Virus record (IMG/VR): IMGVR_UViG_3300017917_000952
Coordinates: 62,001-126,000 of that record
DNA: 64,000 nt
Strand: one strand, 5' to 3'
Positions 31,644-43,400 of this stretch are shown piece after piece. The notes under the pieces are model-generated. The model did no database searches. It was not told the DNA's origin and saw only the letters and a program-made list of their open reading frames with translations. Position 1 is the stretch's first letter, and the number at the start of each line of letters is the position of its first letter. Both the position numbers and the translations under genes were made by a program.

Positions 31644-32297
31644 ATGAAACACGTTGGTAAAATGAAAAATAACGGCGCAAGAGTTGCCGTTGCATATCGC
31701 ACGTTGCCCGGCGATTCAGGTAGTGCCCTGGTTATCGGCACAGGCAACTTGCCAGATGCTTGGCACGATACTCTAATGAGTGTTATTCAAGATCCGAGCG
31801 GTCAACAGGCTAACGAACTTGCAGACATTTTAAGTGTTCGTAAGTTCCCTGATGGACGTAACATTCTAGAAGCACTACACGTAGGTGGCTTCTTGAAAAA
31901 AGTACCAACTAGTTTAGTTCTTATGACTCCTACTGGTAACCCAAATGTTACTGTACCATTGAGCGAACTGAATCAACTTATTGCCGAACAAAAGGGCATT
32001 AGTGTTGATGACTTGGCTGTCAAGGACGGCAACCTAAATGCGTCTCCAAAGACCAACAAGCAAGTTGAAGAAGCATTAGAATCAAAAGATCCTGTAGTTT
32101 CTACAAGAGACGATGCAACCAGAACAACTTCGAGTTCGGTTAACTATGAAGAGCCAGTTAGCCAGGCCAACTTGAGTCCTGCAGAACTTCGTAGTAAAGC
32201 AGATGCACTATATAAAGAGGCTGCACGCCTTCGTAAAGAAGCCGATGCAATGGATCCTCCTAAAAGCAAGAAGAAAGATACTGTTGCAGTAGAATGA
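31644..32297 (+). CDS. Hypothetical protein
   Basis: 217-aa ORF, GGAGG SD. Confidence 0.7.
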   Translation: MKHVGKMKNNGARVAVAYRTLPGDSGSALVIGTGNLPDAWHDTLMSVIQDPSGQQANELADILSVRKFPDGRNILEALHVGGFLKKVPTSLVLMTPTGNPNVTVPLSELNQLIAEQKGISVDDLAVKDGNLNASPKTNKQVEEALESKDPVVSTRDDATRTTSSSVNYEEPVSQANLSPAELRSKADALYKEAARLRKEADAMDPPKSKKKDTVAVE

Positions 32298-32770
32298 TCA
32301 ACTGTATTGTTGCAGTAGAAAAGAACCAGGGCATTGGATTTGAAGGTCAGATGCCCTGGCCTCACCTTAAAGGTGATATGTCTTGGTTCAAAAGGATGAC
32401 GACTGGACAGGTTGTTATAATGGGTGCAACAACTTTTGATAGTTTAGGGAAACCCCTACCTAACAGAATAAATGTAGTCATTAGTAGAAAACGCCTATTA
32501 GGGGATCATACATTTGATGATTGTGGTGCGGCATTAGATTATTGTTCTGTAGAATATCCTGATAAAGAAATTTTTATTATCGGCGGAAGTGCCATTTATC
32601 AACATTACTTACATATTGTTGATAGATTTTACGTAACCGAAATAGATGCAGATTTTAAATGCGATAAATTCTTTGATCTAGATTACGTTCGAGAAAACTT
32701 TACAAAAGTTACAGAACATGCTAAATTTACAGACCCGATACCCTATGTAATAAAGGAATATAATATATGA
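32294..32770 (+). CDS. folA: Dihydrofolate reductase
   Basis: GIG..GQMPWPHLKGD..WFK, IMGATT, PLPNRINVVIS, IIGGS. Confidence 0.93.
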   Translation: MINCIVAVEKNQGIGFEGQMPWPHLKGDMSWFKRMTTGQVVIMGATTFDSLGKPLPNRINVVISRKRLLGDHTFDDCGAALDYCSVEYPDKEIFIIGGSAIYQHYLHIVDRFYVTEIDADFKCDKFFDLDYVRENFTKVTEHAKFTDPIPYVIKEYNI

Positions 32771-33651
32771 CACACCCAGATAGAGTTTACCTAGATGCTC
32801 TACAAAATATTTTAGACAACGGCGAAGACCGGCCAGACAGAACAGGAGTAGGGACTAAAGGAATCTTTGGTATGCAAATGCGATTCAATTTGCAAGACGG
32901 GTTCCCTGCTCTTACAACTAAAAAATTAGCATGGAAGGCTGTGGTCAGTGAACTGCTTTGGTTTATTGAAGGCAGCGGTGACGAACGTAGACTAGCAGAA
33001 ATTTTACACGGCTCAAGGACTACTGATAAGACAACCATATGGACTGCGAATGCCAGTGCTGACTATTGGGCAAACAAAAGGTTGCGTAGACATCCTGCAG
33101 ACCTCGGTAGAGTATACGGTGTACAATGGAGGCGTTGGCGTAAACCTTTAATTCGAATTAACAAAGTTGTTCTACAAAATCACGATCAGTTAATGGAATT
33201 AATCAGCGGTATCAAAGCAGATCCATATAGCCGTAGACATATTATTACTGCATGGAATCCCGGAGAACTAGAGCTCATGGCCTTGCCTCCTTGCCATATG
33301 ATGGCACAGTTCTATGTTAATAATGGAAAGTTAAGTTGCCAGATGTATCAGCGTAGTGCCGATATGTTCTTAGGAGTACCATTTAATATTGCATCGTATG
33401 CCTTGTTTACACATATGATTGCACAGGTCTGTGATCTAGATGTGGGCGAATTAATTATCACTATTGGTGATGCTCACATTTACCAAAATCACTTTGATCA
33501 AGTACGTGAGCAATTAGGAAGGGAGCCATTACAGTTGCCTACACTTAAACTAAATCCCTCTATTAAGGACATTACAAAGTTCACAATGGAAGATATCGAG
33601 CTAGTCGGTTATACAAGCCACGATGCAATTAAAGCACCGATGGCTGTTTAA
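32767..33651 (+). CDS. thyA: Thymidylate synthase
   Basis: DRTGVGT, ELLWF, YGVQWR, SRRHI, MALPPCH, YQRSADMFLGVPFNIASY, GDAHIY. Confidence 0.97.
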   Translation: MTHPDRVYLDALQNILDNGEDRPDRTGVGTKGIFGMQMRFNLQDGFPALTTKKLAWKAVVSELLWFIEGSGDERRLAEILHGSRTTDKTTIWTANASADYWANKRLRRHPADLGRVYGVQWRRWRKPLIRINKVVLQNHDQLMELISGIKADPYSRRHIITAWNPGELELMALPPCHMMAQFYVNNGKLSCQMYQRSADMFLGVPFNIASYALFTHMIAQVCDLDVGELIITIGDAHIYQNHFDQVREQLGREPLQLPTLKLNPSIKDITKFTMEDIELVGYTSHDAIKAPMAV

Positions 33652-34847
33652 ACTTTAACTTCGATTATACCAAAAGGCCCTGCAAAATCTTGTAGGGCTT
33701 TTCCTATTACGGCATTAGGACTGTCATCATCTTGCATCTTAGATGCGTAGCCGGGCTTATAACCACTCGACACCAATAGATCGCCCTTTTTAATAACACC
33801 GCAAACCTTGCAAGGAACTCGACCTTTTAAGGCAATATAGGGGTGAGTTTCGTCGGTTCCTGCCTCAGAATTTAACATATATGCCGGTTTTGTACTCACT
33901 ATGCCTGCAACAGACGTAGTAGCACGGAAACGGGCTAATGTAACCTCTTTTTCTCCGCCCAACATAAGAACAGTCCCCGGTTCATATACGGCATCTGCTT
34001 CGTATCTTTCTGCAATGTCAGCGTAAAGGGCGCTGGCTGCTGTAACGTTTAATACATCGTCAACAGGGTTGTAACTTAAATTTGTTTTGGTATGAACTGT
34101 TTGTGTTCCGGATGCAGAAGTTACCAATGAAAGATAATGCGTTGCAGTCGACGTCGAAACAGATACATCTACCTTTTGTGCTTTTAGGGCATCAGAACTA
34201 GTACCCCATAGCAGGTGTCCAGATGTAGTGTTTACTGCACTTACTCCAGTAACTGGGTTCGTTCCGGGTAAATTAATTCCCTTCTTTACAATTGGAAACT
34301 GACTAAAATTAGGAACTGAACTATCAGGAGTAAAGTTTGTATTCGAAATTGTTAAAGTGGCTGTTCCAAGAAACACAGCCTTAATTGTATTCTGTTCAAC
34401 TAGGTTAGTATCTAATATTCTGCCAAAGTCCCAAGCACTACCAGAACCACCGTTTGGAGAACTAGCCGTCCATGTATCTAACACACTATTATAAACTTTT
34501 AATTGACTATTAATGCTGTCCCACCATAGATCTCCAGTAGTTGCATTTTTCGGTGCGGTATTAGAATAAGGGACATTTACTACATCTCTAAAATTTGTAC
34601 CGTCATAAGAAACTAACAGTCTTCTAGAGTTAGGTGTGTTATTAAACCATAGTTGTCCTTGTACAGGTTTCAAAGGTGCAGTGGTATTTGCAAAATTTTC
34701 AAGCAGTCTTACAAGGTTTTCTTCAATAGGTTGGCCATAACCAGAATAATTTCTACCAACAAATGTCAAACTTGTTGATTTATCTATGCTGGCGTCTTGT
34801 ACAGTTGTCAGCGTTGTTCCGTTTGTTCTCTTTAAAATGTATGGCAT
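33648..34847 (-). CDS. Tail fibre-like protein with C-terminal autoproteolytic chaperone-like domain
   Basis: Start MPYIL at 34847; ADIAERY...PGTV...GIVST.P...ALKGRVPCKV...KGDLLV...IGKAL. Confidence 0.65.
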   Translation of the reverse strand: MPYILKRTNGTTLTTVQDASIDKSTSLTFVGRNYSGYGQPIEENLVRLLENFANTTAPLKPVQGQLWFNNTPNSRRLLVSYDGTNFRDVVNVPYSNTAPKNATTGDLWWDSINSQLKVYNSVLDTWTASSPNGGSGSAWDFGRILDTNLVEQNTIKAVFLGTATLTISNTNFTPDSSVPNFSQFPIVKKGINLPGTNPVTGVSAVNTTSGHLLWGTSSDALKAQKVDVSVSTSTATHYLSLVTSASGTQTVHTKTNLSYNPVDDVLNVTAASALYADIAERYEADAVYEPGTVLMLGGEKEVTLARFRATTSVAGIVSTKPAYMLNSEAGTDETHPYIALKGRVPCKVCGVIKKGDLLVSSGYKPGYASKMQDDDSPNAVIGKALQDFAGPFGIIEVKV

Positions 34848-34860
34848 GGTTCTCGATTCT

Positions 34861-35598
34861 TTATAAAGCAGCAATCCTTGTTTGGAAATCTGCAAAACTT
34901 GTACTTGCGGCTACAACCGACTTCAGAGTATCCAACGAAACTAACGAACTTGTGTTTTCGTAGACAGTTCCTGTTACTTTCACATCGCCGATAATTGTTA
35001 GACCGCTAACTACTTCAAAGGCTGTTTCGCCGGCCCTAGAAAATGCGCCAGTGCTATCTTCAAAACTTGCAACAAAGGAGGCAGTAGTTAGAGCACCAAC
35101 AACACTTCCCTTGCTCTTTAATAGAGTAACCTGTACTGTATTTGTATTTTGATCTAAAATTTCAAAGTGCGGATTTGACCAACCGCTAAGTTCGTTCTTA
35201 GGGAACATAAACGAACTTACATACTGTCCGTTTGCATCTAAAAAATTAATACTTTCTTCCGTAGGGTCGTACCAAAACTCTCCCGGAACTTGGCCAACTG
35301 GTTGTACATCAGAAATCACTGCTGCATTTACAAGATTAAAACCGGCTGCATCGTCATAAACTTTTAACTTTCCTACCGTAGTATCATACCATAGTTGTCC
35401 TTCGATCGGATGCTGAGGTGGTAAGTATGCAGGACTTGCAAAACTTGTTAATAGATCTACAAAATTTTGATTAAAAAACTGTCCGTAGTTGTTAACATTT
35501 CGCCCAACTAAGGTAAGACTAACGGTGTTAGTGTTTAATTTTCCTGTCGGTACTGTAGTAAGTACCGTTCCGCTGTTAGTATAGATTATGTATGACAT
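34861..35598 (-). CDS. Tail fibre-associated protein, paralogous N-terminus to 33648-34847
   Basis: YII...GTVLTTV...SLTLVGRN...YGQ...N...LL..FA...P..GQLWY. Confidence 0.65.
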   Translation of the reverse strand: MSYIIYTNSGTVLTTVPTGKLNTNTVSLTLVGRNVNNYGQFFNQNFVDLLTSFASPAYLPPQHPIEGQLWYDTTVGKLKVYDDAAGFNLVNAAVISDVQPVGQVPGEFWYDPTEESINFLDANGQYVSSFMFPKNELSGWSNPHFEILDQNTNTVQVTLLKSKGSVVGALTTASFVASFEDSTGAFSRAGETAFEVVSGLTIIGDVKVTGTVYENTSSLVSLDTLKSVVAASTSFADFQTRIAAL

Positions 35599-35609
35599 TC
35601 TCTATTCCC

Positions 35610-36242
35610 TTAACTAGTTAAACTCTGTACTCGAACAGTATAATCAATTTGAATTAATCTATTCAAACTCTTTTGAACAGGATGGAATATTACGTGAGTT
35701 AGTAATAAGCCTTCACCCGGACCATCTGGGCTGTATCCTCTAAGACCAATTTCATCAAATACGTAAGATCCATTAGAGTTTGCTGCGGTATCAAATGCAT
35801 CTTGCCCTGCTGGTTCTCCAAGATCAAGTAAACAACTTACTAAAATATCAGTGTAGAAAGATCCTGCAACGTGGCGGATTTCCATATAATTTCTAGAAGG
35901 ACTTAATGCACCGGGTCTGTTTGCATCGACACTTTTAATGTATGTTTGATTATATAAACTTGCAGAACTATCAATTACGTTAGGAGTTAGGTATGTAATA
36001 ATACCCGTATCATCGATTCGTGTACCGCCATTTCCGAAACACATTTCGGAAATCATGCTATGTCCTTGATTACTAACGCTTGATGCTAGTGCAATGCTAA
36101 AATTTTCATAGTGAATAGCATTTGGCTTGTCTCTAAAGACTTCACCGGTCAGGGGGTCATATATTTTAATATGGCCTTTTACTGAAAAAGTACCATGATC
36201 TTTAGGTTCTGTAAAACTTTGACTCATTTTTTTATGTTCCAA
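35610..36242 (-). CDS. Virion structural protein (baseplate/tail-fibre attachment-like)
   Basis: FGNGG...FDEIGL...THVIFHPVQKS pattern; late-type motif at 36248-36254. Confidence 0.55.
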   Translation of the reverse strand: MEHKKMSQSFTEPKDHGTFSVKGHIKIYDPLTGEVFRDKPNAIHYENFSIALASSVSNQGHSMISEMCFGNGGTRIDDTGIITYLTPNVIDSSASLYNQTYIKSVDANRPGALSPSRNYMEIRHVAGSFYTDILVSCLLDLGEPAGQDAFDTAANSNGSYVFDEIGLRGYSPDGPGEGLLLTHVIFHPVQKSLNRLIQIDYTVRVQSLTS

Positions 36243-36247
36243 TATGC

Positions 36248-36254
36248 TATTTAT
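36248..36254 (-). promoter_or_regulatory. T4-late-like promoter motif ATAAATA
   Basis: Upstream of structural gene 35610-36242. Confidence 0.5.
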
Positions 36255-36258
36255 GCCA

Positions 36259-37491
36259 TTAAAAATCTGCTGCTAGAATCCGTTTCCAGGTATTTGGAGC
36301 AACACAGATGTAGAAATAAGTGGCATCAAACGCCATTTGTCCGGTTACACCAGTTGATGTAGAGCTCGGAGGAACGGAGGTGAACCCTTGATATGCTGTA
36401 GTTTGCACAGTACTATCCACAAAAGATATTCTGCCATTACTAATTGTTACAGGGTTTGCAAAATTAGAATCGTTGAATATGTGAACATCACTAGAATATC
36501 TGCTAAACTCGGGGCTAGATACAAAGGATCTAATAGGAATTGCATCTGTTGCAGTCGAACAGGTTCTTACATAGAACATAGAACCGTGAACTGGAGGGGT
36601 ATAATCCGATGTTGCGTCAAAGCCCATTCCACCAACTTCTTCACCGAAGTTAATAGTGTTAGGTGCAGTTGTGGCTCTTACTGTGAATACTGCGATATCG
36701 TCGCCGTTTTTAAGAGGTTGACGGAGACCCGGTGCGGGGCTATACCTAGAAGTAATGAACATAAAAGCATTAGTTCCAGTTACAGTACTGTTTATAGGAG
36801 CGGTGTCTTTACTAGTTATACCAGGTTGGTGCAATCTAGTAGTCGAGAAAAACAAGTCTGCTCTGCCAGGGCCAACAAAGGATGCTAAACCATTGGTGCT
36901 TGTGGTAACTACAAGAGGATTAGAGTTTGCTGCTCCTAACCTAATTACAGTAACTGCCTGAGATGACGAAGATGTAGCAGTACTTAAAACTGTAAAAGCA
37001 TTAATTCTTGTAGAATTTGATAATTGTGTGTTGATAGGTTGATGGAATATAGTAACACCAGCGCCTGCGGCTGTAGTTCTATTTCCACTAAACTTCCAAT
37101 CTTCATTAGCAATAGCAGTAATACCAACAGAAGCAAGACCGTTTCCAATTAAGGTATTGTTGTTACCGTCATACCCGCCAAATCTAACAGACCCAATAAA
37201 ATCGCCCGAACGGATCGCTCCGCCGTCAGTATTTCGGTAATTACTTTGCAGGCCATGAAGTGGTTCAGTATCTCCCGTACTTGAAGCGCTGTCTTGCAGA
37301 GTTACGCTTTGAAATGTAACATTGGAATAACTATACAGATCTTGATTAGTTCTGCCAAAATTTGATTTTTTAAGTTGTTCTACAAGATCATTGTATTGAA
37401 ATCTACGTGCGAGACCATTATCAGTCATGATAAAGTATCCATTAGTCTCGCTAGATGTTGTAATTGTCTGCAATAAATTTATATTTGGCAT
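36259..37491 (-). CDS. Tail fibre/adhesin-like protein
   Basis: Thr/Ser/Gly-rich beta protein ending P.SST..G..GQMAFDATYFYICVAPNTWKR. Confidence 0.6.
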   Translation of the reverse strand: MPNINLLQTITTSSETNGYFIMTDNGLARRFQYNDLVEQLKKSNFGRTNQDLYSYSNVTFQSVTLQDSASSTGDTEPLHGLQSNYRNTDGGAIRSGDFIGSVRFGGYDGNNNTLIGNGLASVGITAIANEDWKFSGNRTTAAGAGVTIFHQPINTQLSNSTRINAFTVLSTATSSSSQAVTVIRLGAANSNPLVVTTSTNGLASFVGPGRADLFFSTTRLHQPGITSKDTAPINSTVTGTNAFMFITSRYSPAPGLRQPLKNGDDIAVFTVRATTAPNTINFGEEVGGMGFDATSDYTPPVHGSMFYVRTCSTATDAIPIRSFVSSPEFSRYSSDVHIFNDSNFANPVTISNGRISFVDSTVQTTAYQGFTSVPPSSTSTGVTGQMAFDATYFYICVAPNTWKRILAADF

Positions 37492-40400
37492 TATGTATTT
37501 CCTGTCAATGTTACGCCGTTTTCATCAGTTAAAGGTCGAGCTCTTTCATCTAATAGAACTTCTTCGTTATTAGCATAAAGTTCAACAGGAAGTACAGTCT
37601 TCGATTCTTTTAAGAAATTAGAAATCGCTGTTGTACTATCCCACAGCGATAGTGTAGTTCCTGTTCCCACAACTGTATTAAAGTCATCACTTCTGCTAAA
37701 CTTTTTAACGATCGTAAGTTCTATATTGTCTTCAACTTCTATATTTAAGTAAATTTTCTGTATAGAACCATCAATAACAATAGAATAATCAGGTACAAGT
37801 CTAGTTAATCCGGAGTAAACCCAACCAGGTACTGTTAAATTATCGGTTCTAGTTCTCGTAAATGTCCATACTTTGCCAGAAGAATTATCTATATACGAGT
37901 CTCCTTTACTTGCATTGATGCTGTTTAGATCCGATATTTGCTCTACTGTGCCTTTTATCGAATCAATTGAAACTTGATCTAACATCACTGAAGTGTCATG
38001 ACTAAATTGAAGAGCCTTTCTTAACTGATGTCCACCTAGGTATACTTCGACTTGGTCGTTTAGACTAATAGATTCATCAAGTACTATTCCCTGAGAACTA
38101 ACTGTTGCGGTAGTATTTGGAATAGAAACATCGTGGTCAAACTTCTTAATTTCGTAGAAGACAGAACCGTCTGTATAATTTAATTGTATATCAGTTCTTT
38201 CGGAAGTTTCAAACTCTTGTTCATACCCTTGATCTATTACTTTAACACCGGCATCTAACGCAGGGTTAATGCCTGTTCCCAAAGTTCCCCTTGTAAGTTG
38301 TCCTAATGTGTTTCCGTTCATTTGGTAGAACTCAATTCTTTCGTAATTAATTAAAATTACGCCCGGTTTGTTCTCGTCCACAATAGGTGCTGTTAATACA
38401 GATGCATCGTTGACATGAATCTCTGTATCAGTCGGTAATAGAGGTTGTGTAAGGTATGTTGAATGTTCTTCACTTATTCTAGTAAAGGTAGTATTTCCTA
38501 ATATATCCTTAAACATTCTATATCCAAGAACATTGCCCGAGTACATAGGATCTGTAAAACTAATAACTTCAATTGTATCAGTAGTATTAATTGTCCATTC
38601 GTCACTAATTTGTATTGTTAGATTATCTTCTAAGATGATAAAGTCTTGTCCGTTAGTCAATGTCTTAGTAGTTCCGTCTGGGCCAATAATAGAGACCCAC
38701 ATGTAATTGACATTGCTTACTGGTTGTGTCATTACAAAACGTCTATCGGGGTTGCCCGTAAACTCTTCTTCTGTAACTCCAAGAGATCCGGTATTATCAA
38801 CAAAGGTAATTACACGAACTGCGTCGCCTACGTTTAAAATACCAGGATTGATAGTTACTGTGGTTCCGATAATTGTATATTGACCGTCAATAAGGCGCTC
38901 AGTTCTACCACCTTGTAGCAATTCAACAATATGAACTCCTACTGCATTTAACGTAAAGGTTGATGTTGTACTGATCTGTTCTACAATTTTATTAAAATTA
39001 GAACTAGGTTCTGTGAAGAACCATACCTGAATTGTGTTAAACTGATTCTCATCTAGATCAGTAACGGTAACTAGTGCATAACCAGATGCGCCTGCTGACA
39101 CATCGAGGCTAATATTATCTGTATACTCGCCGTTAACTGTTACATAAACATCTTGCACAACGCCGGCAAGAATTTCACTCTGAATAGTTGCACTGGTACA
39201 ACTGTTAACTACGTTTACTACATGATCAATTGCACCAACATCTGCAGATCCCCCACCGACTCCTATTAGACTATATTCTAATAATCCAGATTCAGTTTGT
39301 GGAGGAATCAACAACTTAGAGTTAATCCAGTCTATACCAAACTCGTATTCGAATAATTCTAATGTAGAGGTGGTATACTGTAGTATGTTATTGTTTAAAA
39401 TAACAGATATGCTATCGTTTGACGCCGGCAGCATTGGTAAACTATATGCTTGAACTGCACTTGATGTCGATACTTCAAAATTACCATTGATAATTGTAGG
39501 AGATAACGATGGTCCTACAGTGTAGACATTTACACCTAGTGCATCAATAATAAATCCAGGTAACATTTCTGAAGGAGCATGGCCCGAGAAGGTATTAATA
39601 AATCCTACCTCACCAGTAATAATGATGTCTTCTGGGTTTAGTCCTAGTGCTGTATTCTTTTCTCCGTTTAACCATGTGCCGCCAGACAGATATGTGTCAG
39701 GAGTTAGACCACCATACGGATTAGAGAATCCGGGTCCTTCGTATGCTCCGCCAACGGTTAGGCCAGGGAACTCAATCCCTTCGACTAATGCATTTAGATC
39801 TAGTCCTACTACACCGTAAGTAGATGTATAGTATGCAAGAACTCTTTCGGTGCCATTAAGAACATTAGCATTCTTTCTATACTTGACGGTTACGACATTG
39901 CCTGCGGGCATCGGCTCTTGATCAAAGAAGTTTAATGTAGCAAACTTTTTATGGAATCCGTTGTATATTCTTTCTGTATATTCAACATTCCACTCACTGC
40001 CCAAGGCAATAATTCCGTTTACTTTTACAACAATGCCTGTTTTATCAAACGCAGGAACCCAACTTAGGTCAAAAGTTCGCTCGATACCGTCTGTTACAAA
40101 AGTATCTAACACTTCAAAGTCTCCTACCTGATTGTTGAAACTTGTTCTATCAAATTTTAATTCAATAGATGCAGTTCTATCAAGTTCAGACACATCACTG
40201 TTAGAATAACTCATTACGCCCGAATCAACGCTAAAGGAGTTAAACAACGGAGTAGGAACCGGAGTAACTGGTTGTTGTTCGATTTCGGTAACGGTATACT
40301 TTGTAATAAAGTTTCTAATTTGCGTGTGATAAGGCTTGACTTCCTTTACATAGTCTTCGTAGTAAGAACTGTCCTGCATCTTATAAACAGGCGGCTGATC

Positions 40401-43400
40401 TAGTTCACCTAATGTATGTGTTAGGCTAATAAACGATGTCTTGAATGCCCAGTCTAGGATCTTTTGCTCAGACATTGCATATTTGACTGCCTTGAAGAAC
40501 ATTAGATTCCAGTTTGACTTTAGTTCATAGATGAATAAGTCATTTTTTAGTGCAGCAAATATGTACTCTAGTTCAATATCAGGACGCTGATCCCACAATG
40601 TTTGATCCCATGTGTTCTTAAAGTCCCAGTTTAGAGGGTTGTCTTTAATTCTCCATAGACTATCCTTGAATTGAATAGTACCGTTTTGTTTGTAAACAAG
40701 GTCATACCCATCACCGTATGTACCGTACACGCCAGGGGCAGTCTTCTTTAATACAATAAAGTTTCCATCACCACCGTTGTTAACTTTTACATATTGATCC
40801 TGTTGTAACTCAAGGCCTTCTAATTCATAAGGACTTCCTACAACGGACGAATAGATCTGGAATTGATTATACTCGGAACTTGCATAGTCAACATAATCCC
40901 AGTACAGAGATGTGTTAAAGCTCTGTGTCTTTGCCCTGTTCCAGATACCTAAGACATAATCCCATTCGTAACGAGTCCATTTTCCATTATAGGTATCGTC
41001 ACTTTGTACAATAACAGTCTGTGGTCTTGCAATTAATCTAAAGTTTGCGCCGAATCTCTTACCAGCATTTACAATAGTTGCTTGAACAATGCTTCCAGTT
41101 TCATCAACACGGGTTGTAATTTTTAATCCTTCTGCAAAGGTATTAGGCTCATCTCGTGTAATAAATCTAGTTCTGTTGCCGTCAAAGGTAGTTGCGTTAC
41201 TATCAAAAGTTGTAATGTATTTTGCATCATCAACAGTGAAGGTAGGCCCTTCGTAGCCGATAACAGTACCTGTAGAGTTGTATACTGGGTTTAATTTTCC
41301 GTAACCAAATCCAGGATTAGCAATAACGATGTTATCAACTTCGCCATTATTGTTAATTGAGCAATTTAAAATTGCTCTTTCAAATCCAGTTGTATCAATA
41401 GATTCTAATGTAGTGTTATCTTCAACTAGGAAGTCGTATGTATTTTCGAACTGGCTAGGAATTTCTTCTTGAGCGTTCAAGTTCTTGAAACTATAATACC
41501 CGTTAACTGGTTGAGAAATTAATACTTCATTTGCAAATTCGATAATATTTCTAAGTGCAGAGAACCTATCAGCAAACATTGTCTGTTGAGGTCTTACTCC
41601 AATACCGTAACGAGTCCTTAACGACAGGCTAGGATCAGGAACTAGATTACCTAGTTTATCTCTACCTAACAGGCTGTCAATCATCTTTTTCTCTAACTGT
41701 GCAGGAGGCATCTTAGTAGAACTGCCCTCTTCTAAGATGTACCATTGGGTATGACGAGGTGTCTGTACTACTTCAGTAGAATTATTTTGTGCAATATTGA
41801 TACTAATCTTGCTATCAACTGGTAGGTTGCCTAGATTGCTCAACATTACTGCATGAGAATCAATTATTGCAGCAAAAGAAAGTCCATATGCTTTTGGATC
41901 AGCAATAACAGTTGCAATATCATAACTACTTAATCTTCTATTTTTTGTATTTGGCTTAACTGTTTTGTTCTTAACCCAGTAGTAATAGATATTTGTGAAA
42001 CTGTTTGTCACAGGATCATATACCTGTTTAACACTGATAACACTGTTATCAACAAATCTAGGTTGACCGCTAATGCCCTTTGCAAGGCCTGCGGCTGTAT
42101 CGGCTTCAATCGCCCACTCGCTTGGTAGTAAAGGTGTGCTTACCCATTCGTAAACATCAATAGTTGCGCCCGGGAATAGTTTACCCCAATTGTTCTTCCT
42201 ATATTCTAATTCGCCTTGTTCATACCATTGGTACTTAGCGGTGCTTAGATCCCACCATAGTTCGCCAACATGCTCGTCTAACCAGTTCTTATTGGTGTCA
42301 ACGTTCACACCTTGAACACCGATGCTATAGATAGCAGGATCGCTCATTAATTTGTAAGATAATTCCTGCTCTGCAATTCCTGGAATTCTACCCTTCAAAG
42401 GATCAAAAATATCAAGATAGTTGATAACCTGATCTTTTTCGGTGTCAATTAATGCAATTCTGTTAATTGTGCTAATGTCAACAAAGGTATCTTGTTTAAC
42501 AATTTGTTTAAGACTATTAACAGTTTCATCTTTCTTCTTGAATTCAATAAATCCAGGCTTTAGTGAAACGTTGTCTTCGCAAGGAACGCCGACAAAGATC
42601 GACGGTCCGTCGATCAACGCCACTTTACCAAAGTTGTTTCCAGGATTTCTTGCAACAAAGGTGTTAAGTAGTTCTTGTGTGAACACAAATCTCGATGTCT
42701 TTCTAAAGTAGACATAGACTGCACCAGTGCCCGCTTCAGTACTCTTAATAGTTGTAATGCCGCCGTCTAAAGTAAACAGACCTTTATCAAATGTGGTTGC
42801 TAAAGTAGAGTTAATACCTGTTGCAGAAATTACTACTGTCTTATTGTCAGTGTCAATATCGACAGAAGTTCCGAACTTTAGTACAGATCCAGGAACTGGG
42901 TTTTCAACTATTTGATCCATTACGAATGAACCATTTAGATTCCTGTATACTATAACTTTTCCGAAAGATCCGTTTTCATTTTCAATCTGAGAATTTGAAA
43001 CAAGAATATAGTTGCCGTCGGCACTGACCTTAACAGAAGTATTTTCAAGACGCAACGTCTGTGTTTTTACAAGAGACTTGTTGTAGATCTCTACTACATT
43101 ACCTGCACCGATAGCAATAACTGAAGCGTCATCGGAACCAGAAATGCCTGTTATAGTATTAGCAGAAGTAACTTTAATCTTAAAGGCTGTTGCAATATTG
43201 CCAGCATTTTCTTTAACTTCGTATGCATATACCGCAGTATCGGCACCGATTAAAGTTAATTTATTTGTTGCATTTCTTTCAACAAATAAATGCTTACCGA
43301 AGTTAGTTACTGTACCGATATCCGGATTTGTAATAAATGTCGATACTCCCTCAATTAGATATTGAGAATTAATCGAACTTACTTTTACTACACCAACATT

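Noticed and set aside
32294-33651. Thymidine hypermodification system
   Set aside because: folA and thyA look canonical (PFN Asn retained); no hydroxymethylase, kinase or aGPT genes seen
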